This document shows, piece by piece, positions 1 through 9,182 of a stretch of 40,314 nt of DNA (within the stretch, counting starts at the first letter, position 1; each line of letters starts with the position of its first letter). The stretch comes from Bacteroidota bacterium (GTDB taxonomy: Bacteria > Bacteroidota > Bacteroidia > Bacteroidales > FEN-979). A program made the translations under genes and the position numbers. The stretch is taken from the NCBI GenBank assembly GCA_014382125.1, contig JACNKI010000223.1, positions 1 through 40,314 on the forward strand. The letters are read 5' to 3'. The notes beneath the pieces were generated by a model, which saw only the letters and a list, made by a program, of their open reading frames with translations, made no database searches and was not told the origin of the DNA.

Positions 1-2
1 AT

Positions 3-167
3 TATTATCTGAAAGACCGCAGGCCTGCTTTATATAAAGAACTTGATTCAGAAAATGCAGATTTTCTGGATACAACCGAGGATCCGATTAATCTTGATAC
101 CGACTTCCTTGACAGAGGGTTCGAGTACCCTGTGTATAAAGATGGGAAAGAGATGCTGGATAACTAG
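3..167 (+). CDS. C-terminal fragment of an unidentified protein (5' end outside window)
   Basis: Frame 3 is open from the window edge to TAG at 165-167 (...DFLDRGFEYPVYKDGKEMLDN*). It is convergent with the next gene. No family recognised. The last codons and the stop lie inside the CTGGATAA array. Confidence 0.3.
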   Translation, partial: YYLKDRRPALYKELDSENADFLDTTEDPINLDTDFLDRGFEYPVYKDGKEMLDN

Positions 168-237
168 ATAGCTGGATAACTGGATGACTGGATACTTGAG
201 TCTTGAGTTTTGAATCTTGAACCTTGAACCTTGAGTT
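156..237. repeat. Composite short tandem array: 5 x 8-mer (CTGGATAA CTAGATAG CTGGATAA CTGGATGA CTGGATAC) abutting 6 x 7-mer (TTGAGTC TTGAGTT TTGAATC TTGAACC TTGAACC TTGAGTT)
   Basis: Read directly. Units are head-to-tail with no spacers and fill the gap between two convergent stops (TAG 165-167 on +, TAG complement at 244-246). Confidence 0.9.
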
Positions 238-243
238 TCAATC

Positions 244-741
244 CTAAGTCTTAAATACTCCCAAGATTTCTCCGTAATAAATTGTATGGAAGTCGCGTTG
301 TTCGTAGTAGGTGTCGATGATTGAAGGCTCCAGAGTTCCCGGATCGACTTTATTCTTGTGAATGATCCGGCACTCATAGTGGATAACTGATTGGGAGATA
401 TAAAAGGCATTGGAACACTCTCCATGTTTCATGTCAAAATTACATTTCGCTACTTTGTCTATATCCCGGCCCGATTCCGTGCCGCAAATGGCGGTCTCCT
501 GGTTGAACCCCTTTGGTAACACATTGATAGTAAAGTCTTTGACATTCTCGATCAGTTCGAATGTGTACCGGTTGGGCCTCACAAGTATCACGAAAACGGG
601 TTTACTCCAGACATAGCCCAGAGTTCCCCAACCTATGGTCATGGGATTAGGAGGCACGCCGGCGATAAGTAAGATGCCTTCCCCGCGCATCTTCTCCATG
701 GTTTCGTCGAATGCATCAAACGTTCCGATCTGTTTACGCAT
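244..741 (-). CDS. Flavin reductase-like (FMN-binding split-barrel) family protein
   Basis: 165-aa ORF. The NPMTIGWG motif and overall size/pattern resemble the Flavin_Reduct domain family. Confidence 0.7.
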   Translation of the reverse strand: MRKQIGTFDAFDETMEKMRGEGILLIAGVPPNPMTIGWGTLGYVWSKPVFVILVRPNRYTFELIENVKDFTINVLPKGFNQETAICGTESGRDIDKVAKCNFDMKHGECSNAFYISQSVIHYECRIIHKNKVDPGTLEPSIIDTYYEQRDFHTIYYGEILGVFKT

Positions 742-748
742 AATTTTC

Positions 749-756
749 TATTTTTG
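749..756 (+). promoter_or_regulatory. Candidate Bacteroidota -7 promoter box (TATTTTTG) for the DPP-IV gene
   Basis: Matches TAnnTTTG, 15 nt upstream of ATG 771. No clear -33 TTTG seen. Confidence 0.35.
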
Positions 757-770
757 TTATCAGATAACCA

Positions 771-3002
771 ATGATGAAACAAAAAATTGCTATGGTAACA
801 AAACTACAAAAAATCTGGTTCATAACCATGCTGGTTTTACTGTCTGGATCCATATTCTCGCAAGACGCAATAAAAAGAATCACCATTGAGGATGTGTTCA
901 AGAAGAGGACCTTCTCTTCTAAACGCGTCTCTGGCATCCATCCGATGAACGATGGAAGATTCTTTTGCAAGGTCAAACAGGACAGTCTGAATGTATATGA
1001 TTATAAAACCGGGGCTTATCAACGGACCATTATAACTTCAGAAGACCTGATTCCGGCTGGAGACAGTGTACCTGTTCCGATCAAAACATACAAGTTGAGC
1101 GACGACGAGACCAGGATCCTCTTTACAGTAGCCAGGGAATCTATTTACCGACACTCCTCCAGAGCATATTACTATGTATATGATATCCAAACAAAATCTC
1201 TGACTCCGGTATCTGACCAGGGAAAGCAACGCCTGGCTACATTCTCCCCAGATGGTTCAAAAGTAGCTTTTGTTTATCAAAATAATCTCTTTGTCAGGGA
1301 TTTATCATCGAGCACCGAGCACCGAGCATCAAGCATCGAGCAACAGATAACCTTTGACGGAAAAATGAATGAAATCATCAATGGTTCAACAGACTGGGTG
1401 TATGAAGAGGAATTTGGATTTACAAAAGGTTTCTTCTGGTCTCCTGACGGGACGAAGATCGCTTTTTACCGGTTCGACGAAACCCCGCTGAAGGAGTACT
1501 ACCTGAAATACTATGGTGATGTTTACCCGGAACTCTATACATATAAGTATCCTAAAGCAGGAGAGGACAATTCATTCATTGAGGTCAGGATTTACGATCT
1601 TGAAACCGGAAAAACCACTACTGTCGATATCGGTAAAAAGCGGGATATCTATATCCCCCGCATCAAATGGACGAATGATCCCAACACATTAGCTCTTTAC
1701 CGCATGAACCGGCATCAGAGCCATCTTGAATTGATACTGGCAGATGCGGCTACAGGAGAGACACGGGTGATCCTCAAAGAGGTGAATCCCTGGTATATAG
1801 ATATCACGGATGACTGGATCTTTTTGAAAGACAATAAATCGGTGTTGCTGACCAGCGAAAAGGATGGCTACAACCACATCTATCTCTACAGTCTGGATGG
1901 GCAGTTGATCCGGCAGATAACATCCGGAGAATGGGATGTAAGAGCTCTTTATGGACTAGATGAAGAACAGAGACTGGTCTATTTTCAGTCGTCAGAGACA
2001 TCTCCCCTCGACCGGGATATCTATGTTGTTTCAATCGATGACAGTGGACTGAAAAAGCTATCGGTGACAGAAGGATATAACCGGGCACAGTTCAACACTG
2101 ACTTTACCTGGTACATTAACAACTGGTCTGACATCAACACCCCGCCATATATCACTGTGAATGATAGCAAAGGCAAGGTGGTCAGGGTGCTTGAAACGAA
2201 CGAGAATTTGAAAAAGAAGATCAGTGAATATGATTTCTCTGCAGTTGATTTCTTTTCATTTGAGACCGGCGACCACCTTGAACTCAACGGCTGGATGCTC
2301 AAGCCACCCGATTTTGATCCGGATAAAAAGTATCCCGTTCTCTTTACCATCTATGGAGGGCCCGGTTCTCAAACAGTGACTAATCGGTGGGGGGCGGCTA
2401 GTTTGTGGAATCAGTTTTTTGCTCAGCACGGTATCATTGTCGTCTCTGTAGATAATCGTGGAACGGGTGGACGCGGACAAGAGTTCAAGAAGTGCACCTA
2501 CCTGGAACTCGGGAAATATGAAACGCTTGATCAGATTGAAGCGGCGAAATACCTGGGAACACTACCATATGTGGACAGGAACCGGATAGGGATGTGGGGC
2601 TGGAGCTTCGGTGGATATCTTACCCTTTCCTGTATGACTAAAGGGGCTGACTATTTTAGCATGGGAGTAGCTGTGGCTCCGGTCACCAACTGGAAATTCT
2701 ATGATAATATTTACACAGAGCGATTCATGCGTACCCCGCAGGAAAATGAAAAGGGATACGAGGAAAACTCACCTGTCAACCATGCAGAGAAGCTGAAAGG
2801 AAAACTGCTCCTTATCCATGGTATGGCTGATGATAATGTGCATCCTCAGAACTCATATGATATGATCACCGCGCTGGTGGCTGCCAACAAACAGTTCGAA
2901 TTGATGCTGTATCCAAACAGTAACCATGGGATCCGTAGCGGTAAAAACACACGATGGCACAACTTCACCAGGATGACTGATTTTATCCTGGAGAATTTGT
3001 GA
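771..3002 (+). CDS. Dipeptidyl-peptidase IV (S9B prolyl oligopeptidase family)
   Basis: 743-aa ORF with an N-terminal signal-like segment, the WVYEEEF propeller motif, the GWSFGGY nucleophile elbow and a C-terminal D...H (HGMADDNVH, SNHGI). Confidence 0.9.
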   Translation: MMKQKIAMVTKLQKIWFITMLVLLSGSIFSQDAIKRITIEDVFKKRTFSSKRVSGIHPMNDGRFFCKVKQDSLNVYDYKTGAYQRTIITSEDLIPAGDSVPVPIKTYKLSDDETRILFTVARESIYRHSSRAYYYVYDIQTKSLTPVSDQGKQRLATFSPDGSKVAFVYQNNLFVRDLSSSTEHRASSIEQQITFDGKMNEIINGSTDWVYEEEFGFTKGFFWSPDGTKIAFYRFDETPLKEYYLKYYGDVYPELYTYKYPKAGEDNSFIEVRIYDLETGKTTTVDIGKKRDIYIPRIKWTNDPNTLALYRMNRHQSHLELILADAATGETRVILKEVNPWYIDITDDWIFLKDNKSVLLTSEKDGYNHIYLYSLDGQLIRQITSGEWDVRALYGLDEEQRLVYFQSSETSPLDRDIYVVSIDDSGLKKLSVTEGYNRAQFNTDFTWYINNWSDINTPPYITVNDSKGKVVRVLETNENLKKKISEYDFSAVDFFSFETGDHLELNGWMLKPPDFDPDKKYPVLFTIYGGPGSQTVTNRWGAASLWNQFFAQHGIIVVSVDNRGTGGRGQEFKKCTYLELGKYETLDQIEAAKYLGTLPYVDRNRIGMWGWSFGGYLTLSCMTKGADYFSMGVAVAPVTNWKFYDNIYTERFMRTPQENEKGYEENSPVNHAEKLKGKLLLIHGMADDNVHPQNSYDMITALVAANKQFELMLYPNSNHGIRSGKNTRWHNFTRMTDFILENL
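1307..1341 (+). repeat. In-frame heptamer array inside the DPP-IV CDS: ATCGAGC ACCGAGC ACCGAGC ATCAAGC ATCGAGC
   Basis: Read directly. Translated through all three phases as SSSTEHRASSIEQ. No sense-strand stop triplet in any unit. Confidence 0.85.
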
Positions 3003-3027
3003 TTTTAAATGAAAACATCTACCTTTG
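2996..3027 (+). promoter_or_regulatory. Bacteroidota-type promoter for rpsU (-33 TTTG 2996-2999, -7 TACCTTTG 3020-3027)
   Basis: TTTG-N20-TAnnTTTG architecture, 55 nt upstream of the rpsU ATG. Confidence 0.55.
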
Positions 3028-3082
3028 CAGCCCTTTTTTATAAATAAATAGTAACAATAAACAAGAAAGCGAGAGTATTTGA

Positions 3083-3277
3083 ATGATTATCATACCGGTT
3101 AAAGAAGGTGAAAATATCGACAGAGCGTTGAAGAAGTTAAAACGTAAGTTTGAAAAAACTGGTGTTGTCAAAGAACTTCGCGAACGTCAGAAGTTCACAA
3201 AGCCCTCCAAGAAACACAGAGATGTTGTTCAAAAAGCAGTTTACATCCAGAAGCTTCAGGACGAACAGCAAGGCTAA
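3083..3277 (+). CDS. rpsU: 30S ribosomal protein S21 (bS21)
   Basis: 64-aa basic ORF (MIIIPVKEGENIDRALKKLKRKFEKTGV...), typical bS21. Confidence 0.95.
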   Translation: MIIIPVKEGENIDRALKKLKRKFEKTGVVKELRERQKFTKPSKKHRDVVQKAVYIQKLQDEQQG

Positions 3278-3378
3278 TAAAATCGACTTTAATAAGAAGA
3301 AATTTTGATCCGGGGAATATATTTTGTATATTTATCCGGTGAACGGATATAATCCGCAAAGGTTCTTCTTATTTTTTT

Positions 3379-4263
3379 TTGACAGATGTGACGGAGAAGT
3401 TTATTGAATATATACGGTTTGAGAAGCGATATTCGCCTCATACAGTGACTGCCTACGAGAGCGACCTTTCTCAGTTTTATCTTTTCCTGGAAAATCAATA
3501 TGCGATTGAAGATATTTACGATGTGGATCATCTGATGATCCGGTCATGGCTGGTTGCCCTGATGGAAAAGGGGGTCAGTGAACGGAGTATCAACAGGAAG
3601 TTGACTACCCTAAAATCCTACTACCGGTTTTTGATTAAATCGAATGTGGTAGAGGTGAATCCTATGAACCGGATCACCTCGTTGAAGACCAGCAAGCGCC
3701 TTCCTGTTTTTTTAGATCAGGAGAAAATTGACCTGATGTTTGACCAGGTTGATTTCGGAGAGGGTTATCCGGCTATTCGGAATCGCCTTATCCTGGAGAT
3801 GCTTTATTCAACCGGGATGAGATTGGCTGAGCTGGTGAACCTGAAGGAGAATGATATTGATTTTCATCATGCCAGTCTGAAAGTTCTGGGGAAACGAAAT
3901 AAAGAGCGGCTAATCCCGTTTGGAAAGATTCTGGAAGGACTTTTGCCACACTACATGGAAGAAAAAGCGAAGGTGTTTCCGGATCAGCAATGGTTGTTCC
4001 TGACAGATGCGGGAAAGAAAATCTACCCAAAATTAGTTTACCGGATTGTTAACCGGGCGCTGGCACAGGTTTCAACCCTAACGAAAAAGAGCCCGCATAT
4101 ATTACGGCACACGTTTGCAACGCACTTGCTTAACAATGGTGCAGAGCTGAATGCGGTGAAGGAACTACTGGGACATAGCAGCCTGGCTGCAACCCAGGTT
4201 TACACACACAATGCAATCGATAAGTTAAAACGAATTTATGAACAAGCTCATCCAAAGGCTTAA
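3379..4263 (+). CDS. Tyrosine site-specific recombinase, XerC/XerD-like
   Basis: N-terminal SAM-like core-binding motif (FIEYIRFEKRYSPHTVTAYESDL). Catalytic residues R (GMRLAEL), HxLRH (HILRHTFATHLL) and LGHSSLAATQVYTH. The track start is TTG 3379; GTG 3388 is an alternative. Confidence 0.85.
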   Translation: MTDVTEKFIEYIRFEKRYSPHTVTAYESDLSQFYLFLENQYAIEDIYDVDHLMIRSWLVALMEKGVSERSINRKLTTLKSYYRFLIKSNVVEVNPMNRITSLKTSKRLPVFLDQEKIDLMFDQVDFGEGYPAIRNRLILEMLYSTGMRLAELVNLKENDIDFHHASLKVLGKRNKERLIPFGKILEGLLPHYMEEKAKVFPDQQWLFLTDAGKKIYPKLVYRIVNRALAQVSTLTKKSPHILRHTFATHLLNNGAELNAVKELLGHSSLAATQVYTHNAIDKLKRIYEQAHPKA

Positions 4264-4281
4264 TTTTAAAAAGGAGGCGAT

Positions 4282-4581
4282 ATGAACATGGTTATTAACT
4301 CTGTACATTTTAAAGCTGATCAGAGGCTGGAGACTTTCATTAAAGAAAAGCTGAATAAGCTCCCGTCAATTTATGATGGTGTGATCGGGGCAGAAGTGAA
4401 GTTGAAAGTGGATAACAATGACACGCCGAGGAATAAAATTGCAGAGATCCGCCTGATGATCAAAGGAAATGACCTGTTTGTTGTCAAGGAGGCAAAGACA
4501 TTCGAGGAGGCAACTTCAAAGGCAGCAGATGTGTTGCGCAGGCAATTGAGGAAGCACAAGGAGAAGCTTAGAAGCAAATAA
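4282..4581 (+). CDS. hpf: Ribosome hibernation/associated factor (short HPF/RaiA family)
   Basis: 99-aa ORF with the S30AE-family pattern (INSVHFKADQRLETFIKEKLNKL...). Confidence 0.85.
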   Translation: MNMVINSVHFKADQRLETFIKEKLNKLPSIYDGVIGAEVKLKVDNNDTPRNKIAEIRLMIKGNDLFVVKEAKTFEEATSKAADVLRRQLRKHKEKLRSK

Positions 4582-4670
4582 CTAATCTACTCAGGGATAA
4601 TATCTTAGGAATTCTGGTACAACTTTTGTAGAAAAAATCGATTGATCTTTCGGATTTTTTCAGAAATCTC

Positions 4671-4701
4671 TTTGATAATTTTTTAAATCTTTATACTTTT
4701 G
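4671..4701 (+). promoter_or_regulatory. Strong Bacteroidota-type promoter for the tRNA-tuf operon (-33 TTTG 4671-4674, -7 TACTTTTG 4694-4701)
   Basis: TTTG-N19-TAnnTTTG, about 110 nt upstream of the first tRNA. Phased A/T tracts lie upstream. Confidence 0.55.
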
Positions 4702-4811
4702 CAGTCCTTTTCGTAAAAGGGCTGTTTTTATATTATATCTTAGTGTTCTTTGAGAATTTGACTTCACGTTGCGAAGCATTTACGACCATACGGAATGAAC
4801 CAGCATAACCT

Positions 4812-4884
4812 GCCGATGTAGCTCAGTTGGTAGAGCAGCTGATTTGTAATCAGCTGGTCGGCGGTTCGAGTCCGTCCATCGGCT
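4812..4884 (+). tRNA. tRNA-Thr (anticodon TGT)
   Basis: Cloverleaf by eye: acceptor GCCGATG/CATCGGC, anticodon stem GCTGA/TCAGC, loop TTTGTAA, T-loop TTCGAGT. Confidence 0.9.
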
Positions 4885-4922
4885 CATGTAGAGACGCGAT
4901 TAATCGCATCACTAGCATGCAA

Positions 4923-5004
4923 GGGGAGATTCCAGAGCGGTCAAATGGGGCAGACTGTAAATCTGTTGGCGAAGCCTTCGGAGGTTCGAATCCTCCTCTC
5001 CCCA
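4923..5004 (+). tRNA. tRNA-Tyr (anticodon GTA), long variable arm
   Basis: Acceptor GGGGAGA/TCTCCCC, anticodon loop CTGTAAA, class-II variable arm, T-loop TTCGAAT. Confidence 0.9.
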
Positions 5005-5014
5005 CAATCGAAAT

Positions 5015-5087
5015 GCGGAAGTAGCTCATTTGGTAGAGCGGAAGCCTTCCAAGCTTCAGGTGGCGGGTTCGAGCCCCGTCTTCCGCT
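5015..5087 (+). tRNA. tRNA-Gly (anticodon TCC)
   Basis: Acceptor GCGGAAG/CTTCCGC, anticodon stem GAAGC/GCTTC, loop CTTCCAA. Confidence 0.9.
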
Positions 5088-5091
5088 CGCT

Positions 5092-5163
5092 GCCTTTGTA
5101 GCTCAGGGGTAGAGCACTTCCTTGGTAAGGAAGGGGTCACGAGTTCAACTCTCGTCAAAGGCT
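5092..5163 (+). tRNA. tRNA-Thr (anticodon GGT)
   Basis: Acceptor GCCTTTG/CAAAGGC, anticodon stem CTTCC/GGAAG, loop TTGGTAA. Confidence 0.9.
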
Positions 5164-5213
5164 CGACATATATGTAATTAATCTTAATATAACGTAATTA
5201 AACTTAAATTCAA

Positions 5214-6401
5214 ATGGCAAAAGAAAAATTCGAACGTTCAAAACCACACCTCAATGTTGGAACAATTGGACACATTGACCATGGTAAAACCACCCTGACA
5301 GCTGCAATTACACAAGTACTGGCAGAAGCAGGATTGTCTGAAGTCCGGTCGTTTGATTCTATTGACAATGCACCGGAAGAGAAAGAGAGAGGAATCACGA
5401 TCAACACGGCTCATATCGAGTATGCAACGCAAAATCGTCACTATGCACACGTTGACTGTCCCGGTCATGCCGACTATATTAAAAACATGGTAACCGGTGC
5501 TGCCCAGATGGATGGTGCGATACTGGTTGTGGCGGCAACAGACGGTCCGATGCCTCAAACCCGTGAGCACATCCTCCTGGCACGTCAGGTTGGTGTACCC
5601 CGGATGGTGGTTTTTATGAATAAATGCGACATGGTTGACGACCCGGAATTGATCGAACTTGTTGAGCTTGAGATTCGTGAGCTGTTGTCCTTCTACAAAT
5701 TTAATGGAGACGAAACACCTATCATCGCGGGATCAGCATTGGGCGGTTTGAACAACGAACCCCAATGGGTTGAGAAGGTCAAGGAGTTGATGGATGCCGT
5801 TGACGAATATATTCCATTACCTGCTCGTGATATAGATAAACCATTCCTGATGCCGGTTGAAGATGTATTTTCAATCACAGGCCGTGGTACAGTAGCTACC
5901 GGAAGAATTGAAACAGGAATTATCCTGACTGGGGATCCTGTTGATATCATCGGCATGGGTGCTGAGAAACTGAAATCAGTTGTTACCGGTGTGGAGATGT
6001 TCCGGAAAATCCTCGACAGAGGAGAAGCCGGTGATAATGCTGGTCTGCTGCTTCGCGGTATTGATAAAGATGAAATCCGTCGCGGGATGGTTATTGCAAA
6101 ACCTGGTTCCATCACACCTCATAAACACATCAAAGCTGAAGTCTATATCCTGAAGAAAGAAGAAGGTGGACGCCATACACCATTCCATAATAAATATCGT
6201 CCTCAGTTCTACTTCCGTACAACTGACGTAACTGGTGAGATTATTCTTCCTGAAGGCGTTGAGATGGTTATGCCTGGTGATAACCTGAGTATTGAAGTGA
6301 AGCTGATCTCTGAGATTGCCATGAGTAAGGGACTCCGTTTTGCTATCCGTGAAGGTGGCCGTACTGTTGGCGCTGGTCAGGTAACTGAAATTCTTGACTA
6401 A
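5214..6401 (+). CDS. tuf: Elongation factor Tu
   Basis: 395-aa ORF with [14 protein letters not shown] and NKCD GTPase motifs. Thr-Tyr-Gly-Thr-tuf synteny as at thrU-tyrU-glyT-thrT-tufB. Confidence 0.99.
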   Translation: MAKEKFERSKPHLNVGTIGHIDHGKTTLTAAITQVLAEAGLSEVRSFDSIDNAPEEKERGITINTAHIEYATQNRHYAHVDCPGHADYIKNMVTGAAQMDGAILVVAATDGPMPQTREHILLARQVGVPRMVVFMNKCDMVDDPELIELVELEIRELLSFYKFNGDETPIIAGSALGGLNNEPQWVEKVKELMDAVDEYIPLPARDIDKPFLMPVEDVFSITGRGTVATGRIETGIILTGDPVDIIGMGAEKLKSVVTGVEMFRKILDRGEAGDNAGLLLRGIDKDEIRRGMVIAKPGSITPHKHIKAEVYILKKEEGGRHTPFHNKYRPQFYFRTTDVTGEIILPEGVEMVMPGDNLSIEVKLISEIAMSKGLRFAIREGGRTVGAGQVTEILD

Positions 6402-6424
6402 GGATTTTACAAGGTTAATTACAC

Positions 6425-6497
6425 ACGGGTGTAGCTCAATTGGTAGAGTGGCGGTCTCCAAAACCGTAGGCTGTGGGTTCGACTCCTACCACCCGTG
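6425..6497 (+). tRNA. tRNA-Trp (anticodon CCA)
   Basis: Acceptor ACGGGTG/CACCCGT, anticodon loop CTCCAAA. Conserved position between tuf and secE. Confidence 0.9.
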
Positions 6498-6513
6498 CAA
6501 AAAATTCAGATAA

Positions 6514-6711
6514 ATGGCTAAGTTGAAAGTGGTAACATACGTCAAAGAAAGCTATGATGAGCTGATGCATAAAGTGTCTTGGCCTGCATGGCAGGAGCTG
6601 CAAAGCAGCGCTATTGTTGTATCAGTCGCATCGCTGATTATTGCCCTGGTCGTATTTGCAATGGACGAAGTATTCCGCAACATCCTTACACAGTTCTATA
6701 AACTTTTCTAG
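6514..6711 (+). CDS. secE: Preprotein translocase subunit SecE
   Basis: 65-aa ORF with a single C-terminal TM helix. [10 protein letters not shown] motif and synteny upstream of nusG. Confidence 0.9.
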   Translation: MAKLKVVTYVKESYDELMHKVSWPAWQELQSSAIVVSVASLIIALVVFAMDEVFRNILTQFYKLF

Positions 6712-6775
6712 TCATCCACAGGAGATTTATCTGAGTTTAAATGATTCTACACGTCGATTCAATTGCAGCGAAGGC

Positions 6776-7321
6776 ATGAATGAACAGGAAAAAAAGTGGT
6801 ATGTCATCAGAGCCATTAGCGGGAATGAAAAGAAGGTCAAACAATATCTCGAAAGTGAAATTGTCAACCATAACCTTCAGGATTACATTGCCCAGGTTCT
6901 GATCCCCACTGAGAAAGTTTATATGATCCGTAAAGGGAAGAAAGTTAGCAAAGAGCGTAACTATTTTCCCGGTTACGTGCTTATAGAAGCTGTGCTGGCT
7001 GGCGAAATCCCGCATCTGATCCGGAATGTTCCCGGTGTCCTTGGCTTCCTTGGAACCAAAAAAGGTCAACCGGATCCATTGCGTTCCTCAGAGGTCAAAC
7101 GCTTGCTTGGAAAGTTTGACGAACTGTCAGAACAAGGTGAAGAGGTCAATATCCCGTATATCGTTGGCGAAACGGTTACCGTTATCGACGGACCTTTTAA
7201 CAGTTTCAGCGGAGTGATCGAAGAGATTAACGAAGAGAAGAAAAAACTGAAGGTTATGGTTAAGATCTTCGGTCGTAAAACACCTCTTGAACTTGGATTC
7301 ATGCAGGTACAAAAAGAGTAG
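6776..7321 (+). CDS. nusG: Transcription termination/antitermination factor NusG
   Basis: [21 protein letters not shown]... NGN domain plus a C-terminal KOW. The track ORF (6641) is an artefactual N-terminal extension overlapping secE. The ATG at 6776 is in frame. Confidence 0.95.
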   Translation: MNEQEKKWYVIRAISGNEKKVKQYLESEIVNHNLQDYIAQVLIPTEKVYMIRKGKKVSKERNYFPGYVLIEAVLAGEIPHLIRNVPGVLGFLGTKKGQPDPLRSSEVKRLLGKFDELSEQGEEVNIPYIVGETVTVIDGPFNSFSGVIEEINEEKKKLKVMVKIFGRKTPLELGFMQVQKE

Positions 7322-7325
7322 AACA

Positions 7326-7763
7326 ATGGCAAAAGAAGTTAGTGGATTAATTAAATTACAGATCAAAGGTGGCTCTGCCAATCCATCACCCCCTGTAGGA
7401 CCTGCGTTAGGTGCAAAGGGTGTGAATATCATGGAGTTTTGTAAGCAGTTCAACGCCCGGACACAAGATAAAGGAGGAAAACTCATTCCAGTCATTATCA
7501 CCGTTTACCAGGATAAATCATTTGAGTTCATCATCAAAACACCACCGGTTGCTGTTCAGTTGATGGAAGCAGTGAAATTAGAGAAAGGATCTCCTGAACC
7601 CAACAGAAGTAAAGTCGGATCGGTATCCTGGAATCAGGTAAAGAAAATTGCTGAAGATAAAATGCCGGACCTCAACGCGTTTACAGTTGAATCTGCCATG
7701 AGAATGGTTGCCGGAACTGCCCGGAGCATGGGTATAAACGTCAAAGGGCCGGCCCCATTTTAA
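7326..7763 (+). CDS. rplK: 50S ribosomal protein L11 (uL11)
   Basis: [29 protein letters not shown]... ATG 7326 is in frame with track ORF 7287. Confidence 0.97.
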   Translation: MAKEVSGLIKLQIKGGSANPSPPVGPALGAKGVNIMEFCKQFNARTQDKGGKLIPVIITVYQDKSFEFIIKTPPVAVQLMEAVKLEKGSPEPNRSKVGSVSWNQVKKIAEDKMPDLNAFTVESAMRMVAGTARSMGINVKGPAPF

Positions 7764-7781
7764 TTAAAAGACCTCAAGCAT

Positions 7782-8477
7782 ATGACTAAATTGACGAAGA
7801 CGAGAAAAGCAGCTTTCGAAAAGTATGATAGCGAAGCTATACACTCACTGAATGATGCAATAGGGATAGTTAAAGAAATTACAAAAACGAAATTTGATTC
7901 CTCGATAGATATAGACATCCGCCTGGGTGTCGACCCCCGTAAGGCGAACGAGATGGTTCGTGGGACCGTGACGCTTCCTCATGGATCAGGGAAAACTATC
8001 CGGGTATTGGTATTGTGTACTCCCGACAAAGAAGAAGAGGCTAAAGCAGCCGGCGCTGACTATGTTGGGTTGGATGAATACGTGACGAAGATCAAAGGTG
8101 GCTGGACAGATGTTGACGTGGTCATTACCATGCCCAGTGTCATGTCCAAAGTTGGAGCTCTCGGAAGGATTCTGGGGCCCAGAGGACTTATGCCAAACCC
8201 TAAGACCGGTACAGTGACCATGGAGGTTGGAAAAGCCGTCCATGAAGTTAAAGCCGGAAAGATCGATTTCAAAGTAGATAAATTCGGTATCATCCACGCT
8301 TCTGTTGCGAAGACTTCTTTTGAATCTGACAAAATAGAAGACAATGCCAGGGAACTTATCCAGACAGTTGTCAAATTGAAACCTGCCTCTGCGAAAGGGA
8401 ATTATGTGAAAAGTATTTACATCTCAAGCACGATGAGCCCCTCAGTACAGGTAGAACTTAAATCTGTTACGGCTTAA
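7782..8477 (+). CDS. rplA: 50S ribosomal protein L1 (uL1)
   Basis: 231-aa ORF with the typical uL1 sequence, plus synteny. Confidence 0.97.
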   Translation: MTKLTKTRKAAFEKYDSEAIHSLNDAIGIVKEITKTKFDSSIDIDIRLGVDPRKANEMVRGTVTLPHGSGKTIRVLVLCTPDKEEEAKAAGADYVGLDEYVTKIKGGWTDVDVVITMPSVMSKVGALGRILGPRGLMPNPKTGTVTMEVGKAVHEVKAGKIDFKVDKFGIIHASVAKTSFESDKIEDNARELIQTVVKLKPASAKGNYVKSIYISSTMSPSVQVELKSVTA

Positions 8478-8591
8478 TTTTTCAGTAATCTGAACGACTA
8501 ATCATGAAATACCCAAACGAAAGAGATCAGTGAATAACTACAATAATCACCTTGGATATTCCATTTGACCAATCAAATTCGAAATTATCAA

Positions 8592-9113
8592 ATGAACAAA
8601 GAAGAAAAGAATCAGTTAATCGATGAAATGGTTGAGAAACTGAAAGAGGCCAATATCTTTTACCTTACCGATGTTTCTGAGTTAAACGTGGAGTCCACAG
8701 GCAAACTCAGAAGATTATGTTTCAAACGTAACGTTCAGATGCAGATGATTAAGAATACGCTGCTGAAGAAGGCGATGGAAAAGAGTGGTAAGGATTTTGA
8801 ACCTTTTTACAGTATCTTGACAGGCCCAACTTCGATCATGTTTTCAGAGGTCCCAAATGATCCTGCGAAATTGATCAAAGAGTTCCGGATGAAATCTCCG
8901 AAACCTATCCTGAAAGGTGCCTGGGTTGAAGAGAATGTTTATCTGGGAGACGATCAACTGACTGCCCTGGTGAACTTCAAGTCGAAAAATGAACTCATCG
9001 CTGATTTGATTGCATTGCTGCAATCTCCTGCGAAGAATGTCATCTCGGCACTGCAATCAGGGGGAAATAAGTTATCGGGAATTCTGGAAACGTTATCAGA
9101 AAAGCCCGAGTAA
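8592..9113 (+). CDS. rplJ: 50S ribosomal protein L10 (uL10)
   Basis: MNKEEKNQLIDEMVEKLKEANIFYLTD... ATG 8592 is preferred over the track TTG 8565. Confidence 0.93.
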   Translation: MNKEEKNQLIDEMVEKLKEANIFYLTDVSELNVESTGKLRRLCFKRNVQMQMIKNTLLKKAMEKSGKDFEPFYSILTGPTSIMFSEVPNDPAKLIKEFRMKSPKPILKGAWVEENVYLGDDQLTALVNFKSKNELIADLIALLQSPAKNVISALQSGGNKLSGILETLSEKPE

Positions 9114-9182
9114 TCAACTAAAGTAAACAATAAAAGTTATAAACCTTTTCCGGAATGACCGGATATCAAAACAAACAATGAA

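Noticed and set aside
156-237. Short repeat arrays (also 32546-32631 and 33348-33406) as CRISPR arrays
   Set aside because: Units are only 7-9 nt, directly abutting with no spacers, and no cas genes are present.
3379-4263. Tyrosine recombinase next to a tRNA cluster as a marker of an integrated mobile element
   Set aside because: It sits in the rpsU-recombinase-hpf-tRNA-tuf arrangement that I recall as conserved in Bacteroidota core genomes. No flanking direct repeats, no partial tRNA duplication and no cargo genes are present.
4582-4670. Apparent 21-nt phasing of ATCT and A/T tracts upstream of the tRNA-tuf promoter as another heptamer array
   Set aside because: Units are not recognisably repeated at lag 7. 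The pattern is better explained as phased A/T tracts (curved DNA or UP-like region) of a strong promoter.
4827-5158. ORFs 4827-5024 (+) and 4850-5158 (-)
   Set aside because: They overlap four cloverleaf-validated tRNA genes and are artefacts of stop-free tRNA sequence.
6641-6775. N-terminal 45-aa extension of the nusG ORF overlapping secE
   Set aside because: The NusG NGN domain begins at [13 protein letters not shown] (ATG 6776). The extension has no NusG-like sequence and would overlap the secE coding region.
8478-8591. Possible L10 (rplJ) autoregulatory leader and a 9-codon uORF (ATG 8504 to TGA 8533)
   Set aside because: I could only find 4-bp complementary segments and no convincing kink-turn-like structure. 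A uORF this short is expected by chance in a 114-nt AT-rich spacer.
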